Translations under genes and position numbers: made by a program
Shown: positions 1-10,170 of the stretch, piece after piece
How positions within the stretch are numbered: the first letter of the stretch is position 1
How the letters are laid out: each line of letters starts with the position of its first letter
Notes under the pieces: model-generated
Told to the model about the DNA's origin: nothing
The model's input: only the letters and a program-made list of their open reading frames with translations
Database searches by the model: none
Origin: Halobacteriales archaeon
Lineage (GTDB): Archaea > Halobacteriota > Halobacteria > Halobacteriales > Hikarchaeaceae
Direction of reading: 5' to 3'
NCBI GenBank assembly: GCA_042219475.1
Contig: JBDGPX010000063.1
Coordinates: 1 to 56,509 of the forward strand
Length of the DNA: 56,509 nucleotides

Positions 1-153
1 TGGGTCCGCTCGACCTCCGCCTGAAGACGGAGGTATGCGCTCGCGTTCTCTATCACGTACCGACGTGTAAGTGTCCGTCGTCGGTTGACGGCGTGAGGAC
101 GGTCGGTCCGATGTGAAAAGGTCCAAGAACCCACAGTCACGCCATCAATCAAC

Positions 154-2478
154 ATGGATGCAAACGCCGATACCGACGGGTTCGTTGGGGCCGGTATCGA
201 ACGACGGGAGGATCCGACACTCGTCCGTGGAACGGCCGAGTATACCGACGATAAGCATCCCCCGGAAACGGTCTACCTTGCGGTCGCCCGCAGTCAGTAC
301 GGACACGCCGGACTCGAAGCAATCGATACGACAACCGCCGAGTCGATGGACGGGGTCGTGGCCGTCTACACGGCCGCCGATATCGATGACGCCGGGATTC
401 CGGGAACGATCCCCACAGCGTCGCCGGATATCCGGCCGGGGCTCACCGGCCACCCGTTGTTGGCGACAGATCGGGTGTATTACCAGGGCCAGCCGATCGC
501 CGTCGTCGTCGGCGACGGTCGGTATGTGGCCCACGACGCCGCGGACGCTATCACAGTCGAGTATGATCGGTTGGACGCCGTCACAGATGTCCGAGACGCC
601 GTCGGGACGGACGGACCGACGCTTCACGAGGCGGCCGCGAACAACGTAGCGGCCGACTGGGATCTCGGGGATCGAGAGGCCGTCGAAGCGGTCTTCGAGA
701 CCGCCGATCACACCGTCGAAATCGAGCTCCGGAACAACCGACTGTTGCCCACGGCGATGGAACCGCGGGCAGTAGTCGGGGAATACACGTCCGCGTCGGG
801 GAAACTCACCGTGACGATGAGCTCCCAGACACCACACGGCCATCGGAGCTACATCGCCGAGGCAATCGACCACCCCGAACAGAAGCTTCGCGTGATCTCG
901 CCGGACGTCGGCGGCGGGTTCGGGGCGAAAGGTCACGACTATCCCGAGGAGGCGCTCGTCGCGTGGTGTGCAAAACGGCTCGATCGCCCGGTGAAATGGC
1001 AGGCGACCCGTTCGTCGGATGCCTCGACGACGGCCCACGCTCGGGATCACGACACCCAGGCGGCGTTCGCGCTCGATGATCACGGACTCGTCCAAGGGCT
1101 CCGGGTCTCGACCGACGCGAACATCGGCGGCCACCTGCTGTCAGGATCGCCCAATATCCCGACATCGGTCTACGGAAACCTCCTATCCGGACAGTATGCC
1201 ATCCCGGAACTCTACTGTCGCGTACGGGCGGTCTTTACCAACACGGCACCCGTCCACGCCTATCGTGGGGCGGGTCGCCCGGAGGCGATCTACGTCCTCG
1301 AGCGGTTGATGGATCGGGCCGCCGCCGAATTGGATCTCGACCCGGCGACGATCCGCCGGCGCAACCAGATCGACGGCGATGCGTTCCCCTACGAGACGGC
1401 AACCGGCTACGTGTACGATAGCGGCGATTACGAACGGGCGCTCGACCACGCCCTCGAGGCGGTGGACTACGATGAACTCCGGGCGCGCCAGGAACGGCTC
1501 CGTTCGGACGGCCGGTATCTCGGGATCGGGCTCGCAAACTACGTCGAATCGGCGGGTACGAAGGGCCTGTTCGAAAGCGGCCAGGTCCGAGTCCATCCAT
1601 CGGGCGGTGTAACGGTATTCGCCGGGACCCACTCCCACGGTCAGGGTCATGGGACGACCTACGCCCAGATCGTCGCCGACGAACTCGGCGTCGACTACGA
1701 AAACGTCGAGGTCATCGAAGGAGATACCGACCGGATCCCCGAAGGAACCGGTACGTTCGGCAGCCGGAGCGCGGCCGTTGGTGGGAGTGCGATCGCCGAA
1801 AGTGCCCGGAAAATCCGCGAGAAAGCGAAACGGATCGCGGCCGATGAGCTCGAAACCGCCGTCGCAGATATCGTCGTCGAGGACAGCGAGTTCCGAGTGC
1901 GCGGAGCACCCCGCCGGGCGATCGACTGGGCGACGATCGCAGAGAGTGCATACGGTGGCACGATTCCCGACGGGATGGAAGCGGGCCTAGATACGACCAC
2001 CTTCTACGAACCGGAGAACTACACGTTTCCGTTCGGCACTCATGTGGCGGTCGTCGAGGTCGCTCCCGAAAGCGGGGAGTTCAGTTTCGAGCGATATCTG
2101 GCGGTCGACGACGTCGGTAACCGCATCAATCCGACGATCGTCGAGGGGCAGATCCACGGCGGAACCGTCCAGGGACTGGGCCAGGCATTGTACGAACACG
2201 CCCAGTACGACGACAACGGCAACCTGATCACGGGGACGCTTCAGGACTACGCGATCCCGAAGGCCGAACACGTCCCCGAGATGGAACTCGAAGCGACCGT
2301 GACGCCCTCGCCACATAACCCGCTGGGGGTCAAAGGAGTCGGCGAAGCGGGCACCATCGCCGCACCGCCAGCAGTCGTCAACGCCGTTGTGGATGCTCTC
2401 GAACCGTTCGGAGTCGATCACCTCGACATGCCCCTGACACCCGAACGGATCTGGCGGGCCGCGACTGACGGGTGCTGA
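154..2478 (+). CDS. Xanthine dehydrogenase / aerobic CO-dehydrogenase family molybdopterin-binding large subunit (CoxL-like, probably not a true CODH)
   Basis: 774-aa ORF. N-terminus 'EDPTLVRGTAEYTDD', active-site loop 'HAYRGAGRPEA' rather than the form-I CODH 'AYRCSFR', C-terminal 'GVKGVGEAGTIAAPPAV'. No CoxM/CoxS-type gene follows it. Confidence 0.85.
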   Translation: MDANADTDGFVGAGIERREDPTLVRGTAEYTDDKHPPETVYLAVARSQYGHAGLEAIDTTTAESMDGVVAVYTAADIDDAGIPGTIPTASPDIRPGLTGHPLLATDRVYYQGQPIAVVVGDGRYVAHDAADAITVEYDRLDAVTDVRDAVGTDGPTLHEAAANNVAADWDLGDREAVEAVFETADHTVEIELRNNRLLPTAMEPRAVVGEYTSASGKLTVTMSSQTPHGHRSYIAEAIDHPEQKLRVISPDVGGGFGAKGHDYPEEALVAWCAKRLDRPVKWQATRSSDASTTAHARDHDTQAAFALDDHGLVQGLRVSTDANIGGHLLSGSPNIPTSVYGNLLSGQYAIPELYCRVRAVFTNTAPVHAYRGAGRPEAIYVLERLMDRAAAELDLDPATIRRRNQIDGDAFPYETATGYVYDSGDYERALDHALEAVDYDELRARQERLRSDGRYLGIGLANYVESAGTKGLFESGQVRVHPSGGVTVFAGTHSHGQGHGTTYAQIVADELGVDYENVEVIEGDTDRIPEGTGTFGSRSAAVGGSAIAESARKIREKAKRIAADELETAVADIVVEDSEFRVRGAPRRAIDWATIAESAYGGTIPDGMEAGLDTTTFYEPENYTFPFGTHVAVVEVAPESGEFSFERYLAVDDVGNRINPTIVEGQIHGGTVQGLGQALYEHAQYDDNGNLITGTLQDYAIPKAEHVPEMELEATVTPSPHNPLGVKGVGEAGTIAAPPAVVNAVVDALEPFGVDHLDMPLTPERIWRAATDGC

Positions 2479-2551
2479 TCGACGGATCCGACGGGACGGA
2501 GCACTTGCAGGGAGGCCAACGCCTATACTGACGGCGACTGGAGAGGCGTGC

Positions 2552-3340
2552 ATGGATCTGCAAATCGAAGGCAACGCAGCACTCGTAACGGCCTCAAGCA
2601 GCGGACTCGGCAAGGCATCAGCCCGTGCGCTTGCCGAGGAGGGCGTCAACGTCGTCGTAAACGGCCGCGACGAGGACCGCCTCGACGCCGCTGTCGAGGA
2701 TCTGCGGGAGACCGCCACGGGAGAGGTCGTCGGTGTGTCCGGTGACTTGACACAGCCGAGCGACATCGAAGCGCTCGTGGATCGGACGGTTTCGGAGTTC
2801 GGCGGTCTAGACCATCTCGTCACCAGTGCCGGCGGCCCGCCGAGCGGCGCCTTCCTCGACATCGATGAAGAGGAGTGGGAGGATGCTTTCGAGTTGCTGG
2901 TGATGAGCGTCGTCCGATTGGTTCACGAGTCGGCCGATCACCTCCAAGACGGCGGCGGCACCATCGTCAATATCACCTCTCGAAGCGTTAAGGAAGCTCT
3001 CGACTCGCTAGTACTGTCGAATTCGGTCCGGATGAGCGTGATCGGACTCGAAAAGACCCTCTCGAAGGAACTCGCCCCCGACATCCGGGCCAATGCCGTG
3101 TTACCGGGCGCCCACGAGACGCCGCGGATCCAAGAGCTCGTCAAACAAGCCGTCGAACGCGGCGAGTACGACAGCTACGAGGACGGTCTCGATGACTGGT
3201 CGGAGGGTGTCCCCCTCGAACGTGTCGGCGATCCCATGGAACTGGGCCGGACCGTGGCGTTTCTCTCCTCACCACAGTCGGGCTACATCACCGGCGAAAC
3301 CGTCTTGATCGATGGCGGATCGGCGGCGTCGAACCTCTGA
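2552..3340 (+). CDS. Short-chain dehydrogenase/reductase (SDR) family protein, atypical catalytic motif
   Basis: 262 aa. Rossmann motif 'VTASSSGLGKA' and 'NITS' segment. By eye-alignment around 'SVIGLEKTLSKELA', the canonical YxxxK positions read S...R, so it may be an atypical SDR. Confidence 0.8.
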   Translation: MDLQIEGNAALVTASSSGLGKASARALAEEGVNVVVNGRDEDRLDAAVEDLRETATGEVVGVSGDLTQPSDIEALVDRTVSEFGGLDHLVTSAGGPPSGAFLDIDEEEWEDAFELLVMSVVRLVHESADHLQDGGGTIVNITSRSVKEALDSLVLSNSVRMSVIGLEKTLSKELAPDIRANAVLPGAHETPRIQELVKQAVERGEYDSYEDGLDDWSEGVPLERVGDPMELGRTVAFLSSPQSGYITGETVLIDGGSAASNL

Positions 3341-3415
3341 GATCGGTTCCCCAACCAGCGCCCGTCGCCGTCGTTTGTCGGATCCTTTATTGGAGCCGGA
3401 CTGTAGGAGCCCGTC

Positions 3416-5464
3416 ATGGCTGAGGACGTCCGGATCGGTGTCGATATCGGTGGGACATTTACCGATGTCGTCAGCATCCAAGACGGACACATCACCGTCA
3501 CCAAGACACCGTCCACGCCGAGGGCACCGGAACAAGGGGTCGTAACGGGCCTCAAGGAGAGTCGGGCGGACGGCGGGTTCGCGTTTCCGGCGGTCGAGTT
3601 TCTCGCCCATGGAACGACAGTCGCGACCAACGCAGTGCTCGAACGGGACTGGGCACCGACGGCGTTGGTGACGACCGACGGATTTCGGGACGCATTGGAG
3701 ATCGGCCGGCAAACTCGGCCGTCATTGTACGATTTCCAGGCCGAGAAACCCGTCCCTATCGTCGAGCGGGACCGTCGGTTCGAAGTCACTGAACGGATCG
3801 ACGAGCGGGGAAACGTCGTCACACCACTCGATGAGAATTCCGTCGAGGCGGTCGCCGCCGATCTCGACGCGATGGACGTCGAGAGTGTGGCGATCAGCCT
3901 GTTGTTTGCCTTCGAGAACGATGACCACGAGCAAGCAGTCAGAGAGCAACTCAAGGCAGCCGGGATCGATACCACATATTCGCTCTCAAGTACTGTGCTA
4001 CCCGAGATCAGGGAGTACGAGCGGACGCTCGCGACCGCGCTCAACGCCGGCCTCAAGCCCGTGATGGATCGCTACGTCGGGAATCTCGACGCGCAGCGAG
4101 CCGATCTCGATATCCCCGCGACACTGAAGATCATGCAGTCAAACGGCGGGATCATCACCGCGGACATCGCCCGGGAGCGACCGGTCAATACACTACTCTC
4201 GGGACCGGCGGCAGGTGTCCAAGGCGCGGCTTACATCGGCGAGTCGATCGGCGTCGATGACATCATCACCATGGACATGGGCGGCACTTCCTGTGATGTC
4301 TCGCTCGTCCAGGGTGGCGAGCCGGTGATCTCGACGGAGATCGAGGTCGGGGACTACCCGGTGAGCGTGCCGATGATCGATATCCATACCATCGGTGCCG
4401 GCGGCGGCTCGATCGCCTGGATCGACGCCGGCGGTGCGTTGCGTGTGGGTCCCCGGTCGGCCGGGGCCGATCCGGGTCCGATCTGTTACGGCCGCGGTGG
4501 GATGGAGCCGACGATCACGGATGCTCAGGTCGTGTTGGGCCGGATCGATCCGGCGAATTTCCTCTCGAATGAACTCGCTGTCGACACCGAGGCCGTCGAG
4601 ACGGGTATCCGAATGCAGGTCGCAGAACCCCTCGACATGGGCTTAACGGAGGCCGCCCAGGGAATCCTCGACGTCGCCAACGCGAACATGGAACGCGCGA
4701 TTCGGGTGGTGTCGGTCGAGCGAGGGTATGACCCACGGGAGTTCGGCCTTGTCGCCTTCGGCGGGGCGGGACCGCTACACGCCAGTTCCATCGCCAGAGA
4801 ACTCGATATTCCACGCGTCGTCGTTCCTCGGACTGCCGGTGTCCTATCAGCATTGGGACTGTTGATCAGCGACATCCTCTATGATTACAGCACGTCACGA
4901 GTGCGCCGATGGGAGGCAGTAGACGGATCGGACCTGACGGCCGCCTTCGAGGAGTTCGAAGAAACGGGTCGCGAGCGGCTTGCCGCTGAGGGTTTGGCCC
5001 CGGGGGAGATGGCGTTCGACCGCGTACTCGATATGCGCTATGTCGGCCAGTCGTTCGAGCTGGCCATCCCGGCACCCGAGGGGACGATCGATGGGACTGC
5101 CAAGGAGACCATCGCCGAGCGGTTTCACGAGGCCCACGAACGTCGTTACGGCCACGCCTCGTCGTCGGAACCGGTGGAACTGGTGACGATCCGCCTCCGC
5201 GCTCGCGGGACCGTCCCGATGCCCGATCTGAAACGCGCTGACGGCGGCGAAACGATCGAGGCAGCGATTAAAGAGGAACGGTCGGTCGTCTACGACGGCA
5301 CGGCCCATGACACACGGATCTACGACCGACCCACGCTTCCGGGCGATGCGTCATTCGAAGGTCCGGCCGTCATCGAAGGTCCGGAAAGCACGATCGTCGT
5401 CCACCCAGACCAGCGCGTGCGGGTGGATGAATACGGGAACGTCATCGTGGAGGTGACACCATGA
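3416..5464 (+). CDS. hyuA: Hydantoinase/oxoprolinase A subunit (N-methylhydantoinase A / 5-oxoprolinase family)
   Basis: 682 aa. N-terminal ASKHA-type 'IGVDIGGTFTDVV', then 'DMGGTSCDVS' and 'GAGGGSIAW'. Its stop overlaps the hyuB start (ATGA at 5461-5464). Confidence 0.9.
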   Translation: MAEDVRIGVDIGGTFTDVVSIQDGHITVTKTPSTPRAPEQGVVTGLKESRADGGFAFPAVEFLAHGTTVATNAVLERDWAPTALVTTDGFRDALEIGRQTRPSLYDFQAEKPVPIVERDRRFEVTERIDERGNVVTPLDENSVEAVAADLDAMDVESVAISLLFAFENDDHEQAVREQLKAAGIDTTYSLSSTVLPEIREYERTLATALNAGLKPVMDRYVGNLDAQRADLDIPATLKIMQSNGGIITADIARERPVNTLLSGPAAGVQGAAYIGESIGVDDIITMDMGGTSCDVSLVQGGEPVISTEIEVGDYPVSVPMIDIHTIGAGGGSIAWIDAGGALRVGPRSAGADPGPICYGRGGMEPTITDAQVVLGRIDPANFLSNELAVDTEAVETGIRMQVAEPLDMGLTEAAQGILDVANANMERAIRVVSVERGYDPREFGLVAFGGAGPLHASSIARELDIPRVVVPRTAGVLSALGLLISDILYDYSTSRVRRWEAVDGSDLTAAFEEFEETGRERLAAEGLAPGEMAFDRVLDMRYVGQSFELAIPAPEGTIDGTAKETIAERFHEAHERRYGHASSSEPVELVTIRLRARGTVPMPDLKRADGGETIEAAIKEERSVVYDGTAHDTRIYDRPTLPGDASFEGPAVIEGPESTIVVHPDQRVRVDEYGNVIVEVTP

Positions 5465-7194
5465 GCGACGACGACGGACAGTCGGTCGACTCGATTACCC
5501 TCGAAGTGATTCGTAACGCCTGTGTGGCGGTCGCCGAGGAGATGAACGCGACGCTGATCCGCACCAGCTACTCGCCGAACATCAAAGATCGGCGGGACTG
5601 CTCGTGTGCGCTGTTCGACGTCGACGCCGAGATGATCAGCCAGGCCGAGAATATCCCGGTGCATCTGGGAGCGATGCCGTATTCCGTCGAGGCAGCGATC
5701 GACTGGTTCCCGCCGGACACTCTCCAACCCGGGGACGGTATCCTGGTGAACGATCCGTTCCACGGCGGCGCACATCTGCCGGATCTGACCCTCGTCAGCC
5801 CGATCTTCGACGGAGAAGAACTGCTCGGGTTCGCCGCCAATCGGGCCCACCACGCGGATATCGGTGGAGGGCGGGCCGGTAGCGTGGCGGCCGACTCGAC
5901 CGAGATCTACCAGGAAGGCCTCCGGATCCCGCCGGTGAAACTCTTCGAAGCGGGCGAGCAAAACGACGACGTCATGACCCTCGTGTTGGCGAACGTCCGG
6001 ACGCCAGACGAGCGCCGGGGTGATCTACGGGCCCAACACGCGGCCAATCAAACGGCGATCGATCGGTTCCACGAACTGCTCGATCGATACGGCGCCGAGC
6101 AGTTGACCGAAACGATGGGGGCGATCAAGGACTACTCCGAGCGGCGGATGCGCGCCGAGATCACCGAACTCCCCGACGGAATCTATGAATTTTCCGACCG
6201 GCTCGACGACGATGGCTACGGCAACACCGATCTCCCGATCACCGTCGCCGTAACCGTCGATGGCGATGAACTCCACGTTGATTTCACCGGCACGGCCGAA
6301 CAGGTCCGTGGAGCGATCAACGCGCCGTTTGCGGTGACGGCCTCGGCGACGTACTACGCAGTCCGGTGTGTGACCGATCCGGACATCCCACCGAACCATG
6401 GCTGTTATCGACCCATCGAGATCACCGCCCCCGAGGGCACGATCGTCAACGCCCAACCGCCGGCGGCCGTCGTCGGCGGGAATCTCGAAGTCTCCCAACG
6501 TGCGACCGATACTCTCCTCGGAGCCTTCGGAATGGATGTCCCCGAGCGGGCGCTCGGTGGCTGTCAAGGGACGATGAACAACATCACCTTCGGCGGGACC
6601 GATCCGCGAACCGACGAACCGTACGCCTTCTATGAGACACTCGGTGGTGGGTTCGGCGGCCGACAGGGCAAAGACGGGATGGATGGAGTCCACGTCCACA
6701 TGAGCAACACGCTCAATACGCCGGTCGAGGTGTTCGAAACCGCCTATCCACTCCGGATCCGGCGGTATGAATACCGATCGGATTCGGGCGGGGCGGGACG
6801 ATTCCGTGGAGGACTCGGGTTGCGACGGGATATCGAAGTCCTCGATCACGACTCGACATTTAGTCTGCTGGCCGATCGCCGACGCAACCGTCCGTATGGG
6901 ATCAATGGTGGTGCATCGGGCGCCAACGGCGAGGACTATCTCAAGAACGCCAATAGCGACGAGTGGGAACTGATTCCTCCGAAATCTTCCCATCAGTTGA
7001 GCGACGGGGACGTCGTGAGCGTCCGGACGCCGGGCGCCGGCGGCTACGGCGATCCCGCAGAACGGAGCCTCTCGACGATCCGTCGTGATATCGAGCTGGA
7101 GAAAATCTCGAAAACGGCGGCCAGTGAGGAGTACGGCTATTCGATTGAGGCCCTCGAAACGTGTCTTGAATCCGACGACCCGGGCGAGACATAA
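5461..7194 (+). CDS. hyuB: Hydantoinase B/oxoprolinase subunit
   Basis: 577 aa with 'DRRDCSCALFD', 'NDPFHGGAHLPD' and 'GGGFGGR' motifs typical of the HyuB family. Translationally coupled to hyuA. Confidence 0.9.
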   Translation: MSDDDGQSVDSITLEVIRNACVAVAEEMNATLIRTSYSPNIKDRRDCSCALFDVDAEMISQAENIPVHLGAMPYSVEAAIDWFPPDTLQPGDGILVNDPFHGGAHLPDLTLVSPIFDGEELLGFAANRAHHADIGGGRAGSVAADSTEIYQEGLRIPPVKLFEAGEQNDDVMTLVLANVRTPDERRGDLRAQHAANQTAIDRFHELLDRYGAEQLTETMGAIKDYSERRMRAEITELPDGIYEFSDRLDDDGYGNTDLPITVAVTVDGDELHVDFTGTAEQVRGAINAPFAVTASATYYAVRCVTDPDIPPNHGCYRPIEITAPEGTIVNAQPPAAVVGGNLEVSQRATDTLLGAFGMDVPERALGGCQGTMNNITFGGTDPRTDEPYAFYETLGGGFGGRQGKDGMDGVHVHMSNTLNTPVEVFETAYPLRIRRYEYRSDSGGAGRFRGGLGLRRDIEVLDHDSTFSLLADRRRNRPYGINGGASGANGEDYLKNANSDEWELIPPKSSHQLSDGDVVSVRTPGAGGYGDPAERSLSTIRRDIELEKISKTAASEEYGYSIEALETCLESDDPGET

Positions 7195-8012
7195 TGGGCG
7201 AAAAAGCGGCCATCGACCGGGTCGGGAACCCCGTGACGGTCACCTCGCTCGTCGATGATCTACAAGCATTCGACCTCACCGACGAAGTCGTCCTCGTCCA
7301 CGCTTCACTAAGTTCGTTGGGCTGGGTAGCCGGCGGCCCACAGGCAGTGGTCGATGCCCTTCAGTCGGTCGTCACGGAATCGGGGACGATCGTGATGCCG
7401 ACGTTCACTGGCCAGTACACCGATCCGGCCGGCTGGTCGAATCCGCCGGTGCCGGATCACTGGGTCGAACAGATTCGTGAGGCGATGCCACCGTTCCGGC
7501 CAGCGGTCACGCCTTCTCGCGAGATGGGGACGATTCCGGAGTGTTTCCGAACGTTCCCGGACGTGCGTCGAAGCCGCCATCCCGAATTCTCCTTTGCGGC
7601 ATGGGGAGCCGATGCCAACGCAATCGTCGAGGATCACAGCTTCGACGACGGCCTCGGCGAAGGGTCGCCGCTCGCCCGACTCTATGAGCGTGAGGCGAAG
7701 GTCCTGCTGATGGGCGTCGGGTATGACGTGAACACGTCGTTCCATCTCGCCGAATATCGGGCAGAAATCGGCGCCAAGACAGTGTCGCGATCAGCCCCGA
7801 TCCAACTCGATGGCCAGGAACAACAGGTCGTCTACGAGACCATCGCGATCGACACGGCCGATTTTACCGATCTCGGCGCCGATTTCGAGCGTGACCAAGG
7901 CGGCGATGTCGGTGCGGTCGGAGCAACGGATGTCCGGCTGTTAGACCAGCGCGCCATGGTTGACTTCGCCGTCGAATGGTTCGAGACCCATCGAACGGGA
8001 CCGGACAGCTGA
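7194..8012 (+). CDS. AAC(3)-family (aminoglycoside 3-N-acetyltransferase fold) acetyltransferase
   Basis: 272 aa with 'VLVHASLSSLGWVAGGPQAVVDAL', 'IVMPTFT' and 'NTSFHLAEYR', typical of the Antibiotic_NAT family. Its start ATG shares one base with the hyuB stop (TAATG). Confidence 0.8.
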   Translation: MGEKAAIDRVGNPVTVTSLVDDLQAFDLTDEVVLVHASLSSLGWVAGGPQAVVDALQSVVTESGTIVMPTFTGQYTDPAGWSNPPVPDHWVEQIREAMPPFRPAVTPSREMGTIPECFRTFPDVRRSRHPEFSFAAWGADANAIVEDHSFDDGLGEGSPLARLYEREAKVLLMGVGYDVNTSFHLAEYRAEIGAKTVSRSAPIQLDGQEQQVVYETIAIDTADFTDLGADFERDQGGDVGAVGATDVRLLDQRAMVDFAVEWFETHRTGPDS

Positions 8013-8097
8013 CTATCCGATCCGTCACCATCGGTATTGATTCGGCCGTCGAAACGGCTAAACAGTCAGGGTGAGCCACGTACTCGGACGAACAAGC

Positions 8098-8778
8098 ATG
8101 ACCGAGGTCTTTCCCGAACCGATCCGTCGGTTCATGATGGCTGCGGGCCCGGAACCGACGGCGATTCAAGAGGAGATGCAAGAACACGCCGAATCGGAAC
8201 GATTCCCCATTATCGGTCCGGAGGTCGGTGGCTTCCTCCAGACGTTGGCGGGGATCGTCGATGCGACGACCGTCTTCGAGTTCGGCTCCGGATTTGGCTA
8301 TTCGGCGTCGTGGTTCCTCCGCGGGATGCCCCCGGAGGGGCAGATCGTACTGACCGAACACGATCCGGCGGAACTCGACGAGGCGCGATCCTATTTCGAT
8401 CGGGCGGGGTTGGCCGATCGAGCAACGTTCGAGGACGGTGACGCCCTCGAAACCATCGAGAGATATGACGGCCCTTTCGATATCGCGCTGATCGATCATC
8501 AAAAGGAACGATATGTCGATGGGTTCGAGGCGATCCGCGGGAAACTGGCTCCCGGTGGTGTCGTGATCGCGGACAATATGATGCGTGGCCCCCTCGATTT
8601 CGAGGACGTCTTGGCGGGGATCGAGGGCGATGCCGCTATCATGGATTTCGATGACTCGACGGCCGGTGTTATCGAGTACATCGACCACGTGCGATCGGTG
8701 TCGACGTTCAGCTCGACGATCCTACCGATCGGCAGCGGGATCGCGCTCAGTCATAAGCGACGGGATTCACACGGATGA
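8098..8778 (+). CDS. Class I SAM-dependent O-methyltransferase (caffeoyl-CoA OMT-like)
   Basis: The ORF is open from 8071; I prefer the ATG at 8098 ('MTEVFPEP'). SAM motif 'VFEFGSGFGYSASW' and 'DIALIDHQKERY'. Confidence 0.75.
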   Translation: MTEVFPEPIRRFMMAAGPEPTAIQEEMQEHAESERFPIIGPEVGGFLQTLAGIVDATTVFEFGSGFGYSASWFLRGMPPEGQIVLTEHDPAELDEARSYFDRAGLADRATFEDGDALETIERYDGPFDIALIDHQKERYVDGFEAIRGKLAPGGVVIADNMMRGPLDFEDVLAGIEGDAAIMDFDDSTAGVIEYIDHVRSVSTFSSTILPIGSGIALSHKRRDSHG

Positions 8779-8829
8779 AGACCTGGTGATCATTGTGTTG
8801 CCATTACGATTCGATAGGGGCGGCCGATC

Positions 8830-10170
8830 GTGATCGAGAACCGATCCGAGATCACACGGACGGAGGCGCATGACCTCGCACTCGACTGTCTCGCTGGAGG
8901 GATCGAGGCGGCCCATCCCAGTACGGTCACTCGGAAATCGATCGACTACGACGGCGAGACGCTCACCATCGCCGGGATGGCGTACGATCTCTCGGAGTTC
9001 GAGAGAATAACCGTCCTGGGTGGCGGCAAGGCAGCCGCCCAGGTAACAAGCGCGCTCGAAGGTATTCTCGGCGATGAGATCGAATCCGGACACGTAGTGA
9101 CCTCGAACCCAGTAACGACCGAAACCGTCACCGTGGGGCAGGGCGGTCATCCGATCCCTACCGAAGCTGGCGTCGAGGAAACTGAACGGATCCGGGAGCT
9201 GGCGACAGCAGCCGACGAACGGACGCTCGTCCTCGCGGTGATTACTGGGGGCGGCAGTGCGCTGATGGCCCTACCGGCCGATGGGATCGACCTCGCCGAT
9301 CTCCAATCGGTGACGGATGCACTACTGGAAAGTGGTGCCACGATCCACGACATCAACGCCGTTCGCAAACATCTCTCGGCGATCAAAGGCGGCCGGCTCG
9401 CCCGGGCGGCCGCCCCAGCTACAGTAGCGGGCGTCATTATCAGCGACGTGGTCGGGGATGACCTCGATGTGATCGCCAGCGGTCCGACCGTGCCGGATCG
9501 TTCGACGTTCGAGGAGGCGCTCTCCGTTCTGGAGCGCTACGAGATCGACGCACCGGGGGCGGTGAGAGAACGGCTCGACCGCGGCCGCCGTGACGAGGTG
9601 ACCGAAACACCCAAACCCGGAGATTCCGCGTTCGATCGGGTCGATAACCACATCATTGCCAACACACGGACCGCCATTGACGGGGCCAGGCGAGTTGCTG
9701 CTGAGCGGCACTATCAGACGCTCGTGCTCACCTCGCGATTACGGGGTGAAGCCCGAGAGCTCGCCAAGACACAGGTCGCCATCGCCGAGGAGTGTGTGGC
9801 AAACGGCGATCCCGTTGAGCCGCCGTGTGTCGTGCTCGCTGGTGGTGAATCGACGGTCACGATCAGCGGCTCGGGGATCGGTGGACCCAATCAGGAGCTC
9901 GCGGTCGGTGCGGCCATCGAAGGACGGAGTACGCCCTTCGTGTTGGCGAGCGTGGATACGGACGGCCGGGATGGGTCGACGGAGGCTGCCGGTGGGATCA
10001 TCGACGGCACGACGGTCGATCGGATCGAACCGGCACAGGCGGCATTGGCGGATAACGACGCCTATCCGTATTTAAACGCCAGACGATCACTCATCCGGAC
10101 CGGAGACACCGGCACGAACGTCAATGATCTGCTTGTGATGGTAATCGATCCGGCGCTGACCGAGGCGTGA
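8830..10170 (+). CDS. Glycerate 2-kinase / hydroxypyruvate reductase-like protein (DUF4147 + MOFRL)
   Basis: 446 aa with a GTG start. 'VLGGGKAAAQV', 'ITGGGSALM', 'NAVRKHLSAIKGGRLA' and C-terminal 'DTDGRDGSTEAAGG...GDTGTNVNDL'. Confidence 0.75.
   Translation: MIENRSEITRTEAHDLALDCLAGGIEAAHPSTVTRKSIDYDGETLTIAGMAYDLSEFERITVLGGGKAAAQVTSALEGILGDEIESGHVVTSNPVTTETVTVGQGGHPIPTEAGVEETERIRELATAADERTLVLAVITGGGSALMALPADGIDLADLQSVTDALLESGATIHDINAVRKHLSAIKGGRLARAAAPATVAGVIISDVVGDDLDVIASGPTVPDRSTFEEALSVLERYEIDAPGAVRERLDRGRRDEVTETPKPGDSAFDRVDNHIIANTRTAIDGARRVAAERHYQTLVLTSRLRGEARELAKTQVAIAEECVANGDPVEPPCVVLAGGESTVTISGSGIGGPNQELAVGAAIEGRSTPFVLASVDTDGRDGSTEAAGGIIDGTTVDRIEPAQAALADNDAYPYLNARRSLIRTGDTGTNVNDLLVMVIDPALTEA

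Noticed and set aside
145-1134. 329-aa minus-strand ORF (and many similar ones, e.g. 1987-2862, 3283-4056, 6025-6993, 21746-22606, 23237-23872, 45841-46596, 47379-48041) overlapping strongly supported genes
   Set aside because: These are typical shadow ORFs of a GC-rich genome. Their translations are R/S/P/G-rich with no recognisable motifs, and each lies antisense or out of frame to a gene with clear family signatures.
154-2478. Calling the CoxL-like gene a genuine aerobic CO dehydrogenase
   Set aside because: The active-site loop reads 'AYRGAGR', not the form-I 'AYRCSFR'. No CoxM/CoxS genes follow it, and the upstream side is truncated by the window. Only the family-level call is supported.
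7194-8012. Interpreting the AAC(3)-family gene as an acquired aminoglycoside-resistance determinant or part of a mobile island
   Set aside because: Its composition matches its neighbours, it is translationally coupled to hyuB, and no mobility genes or flanking repeats are present.
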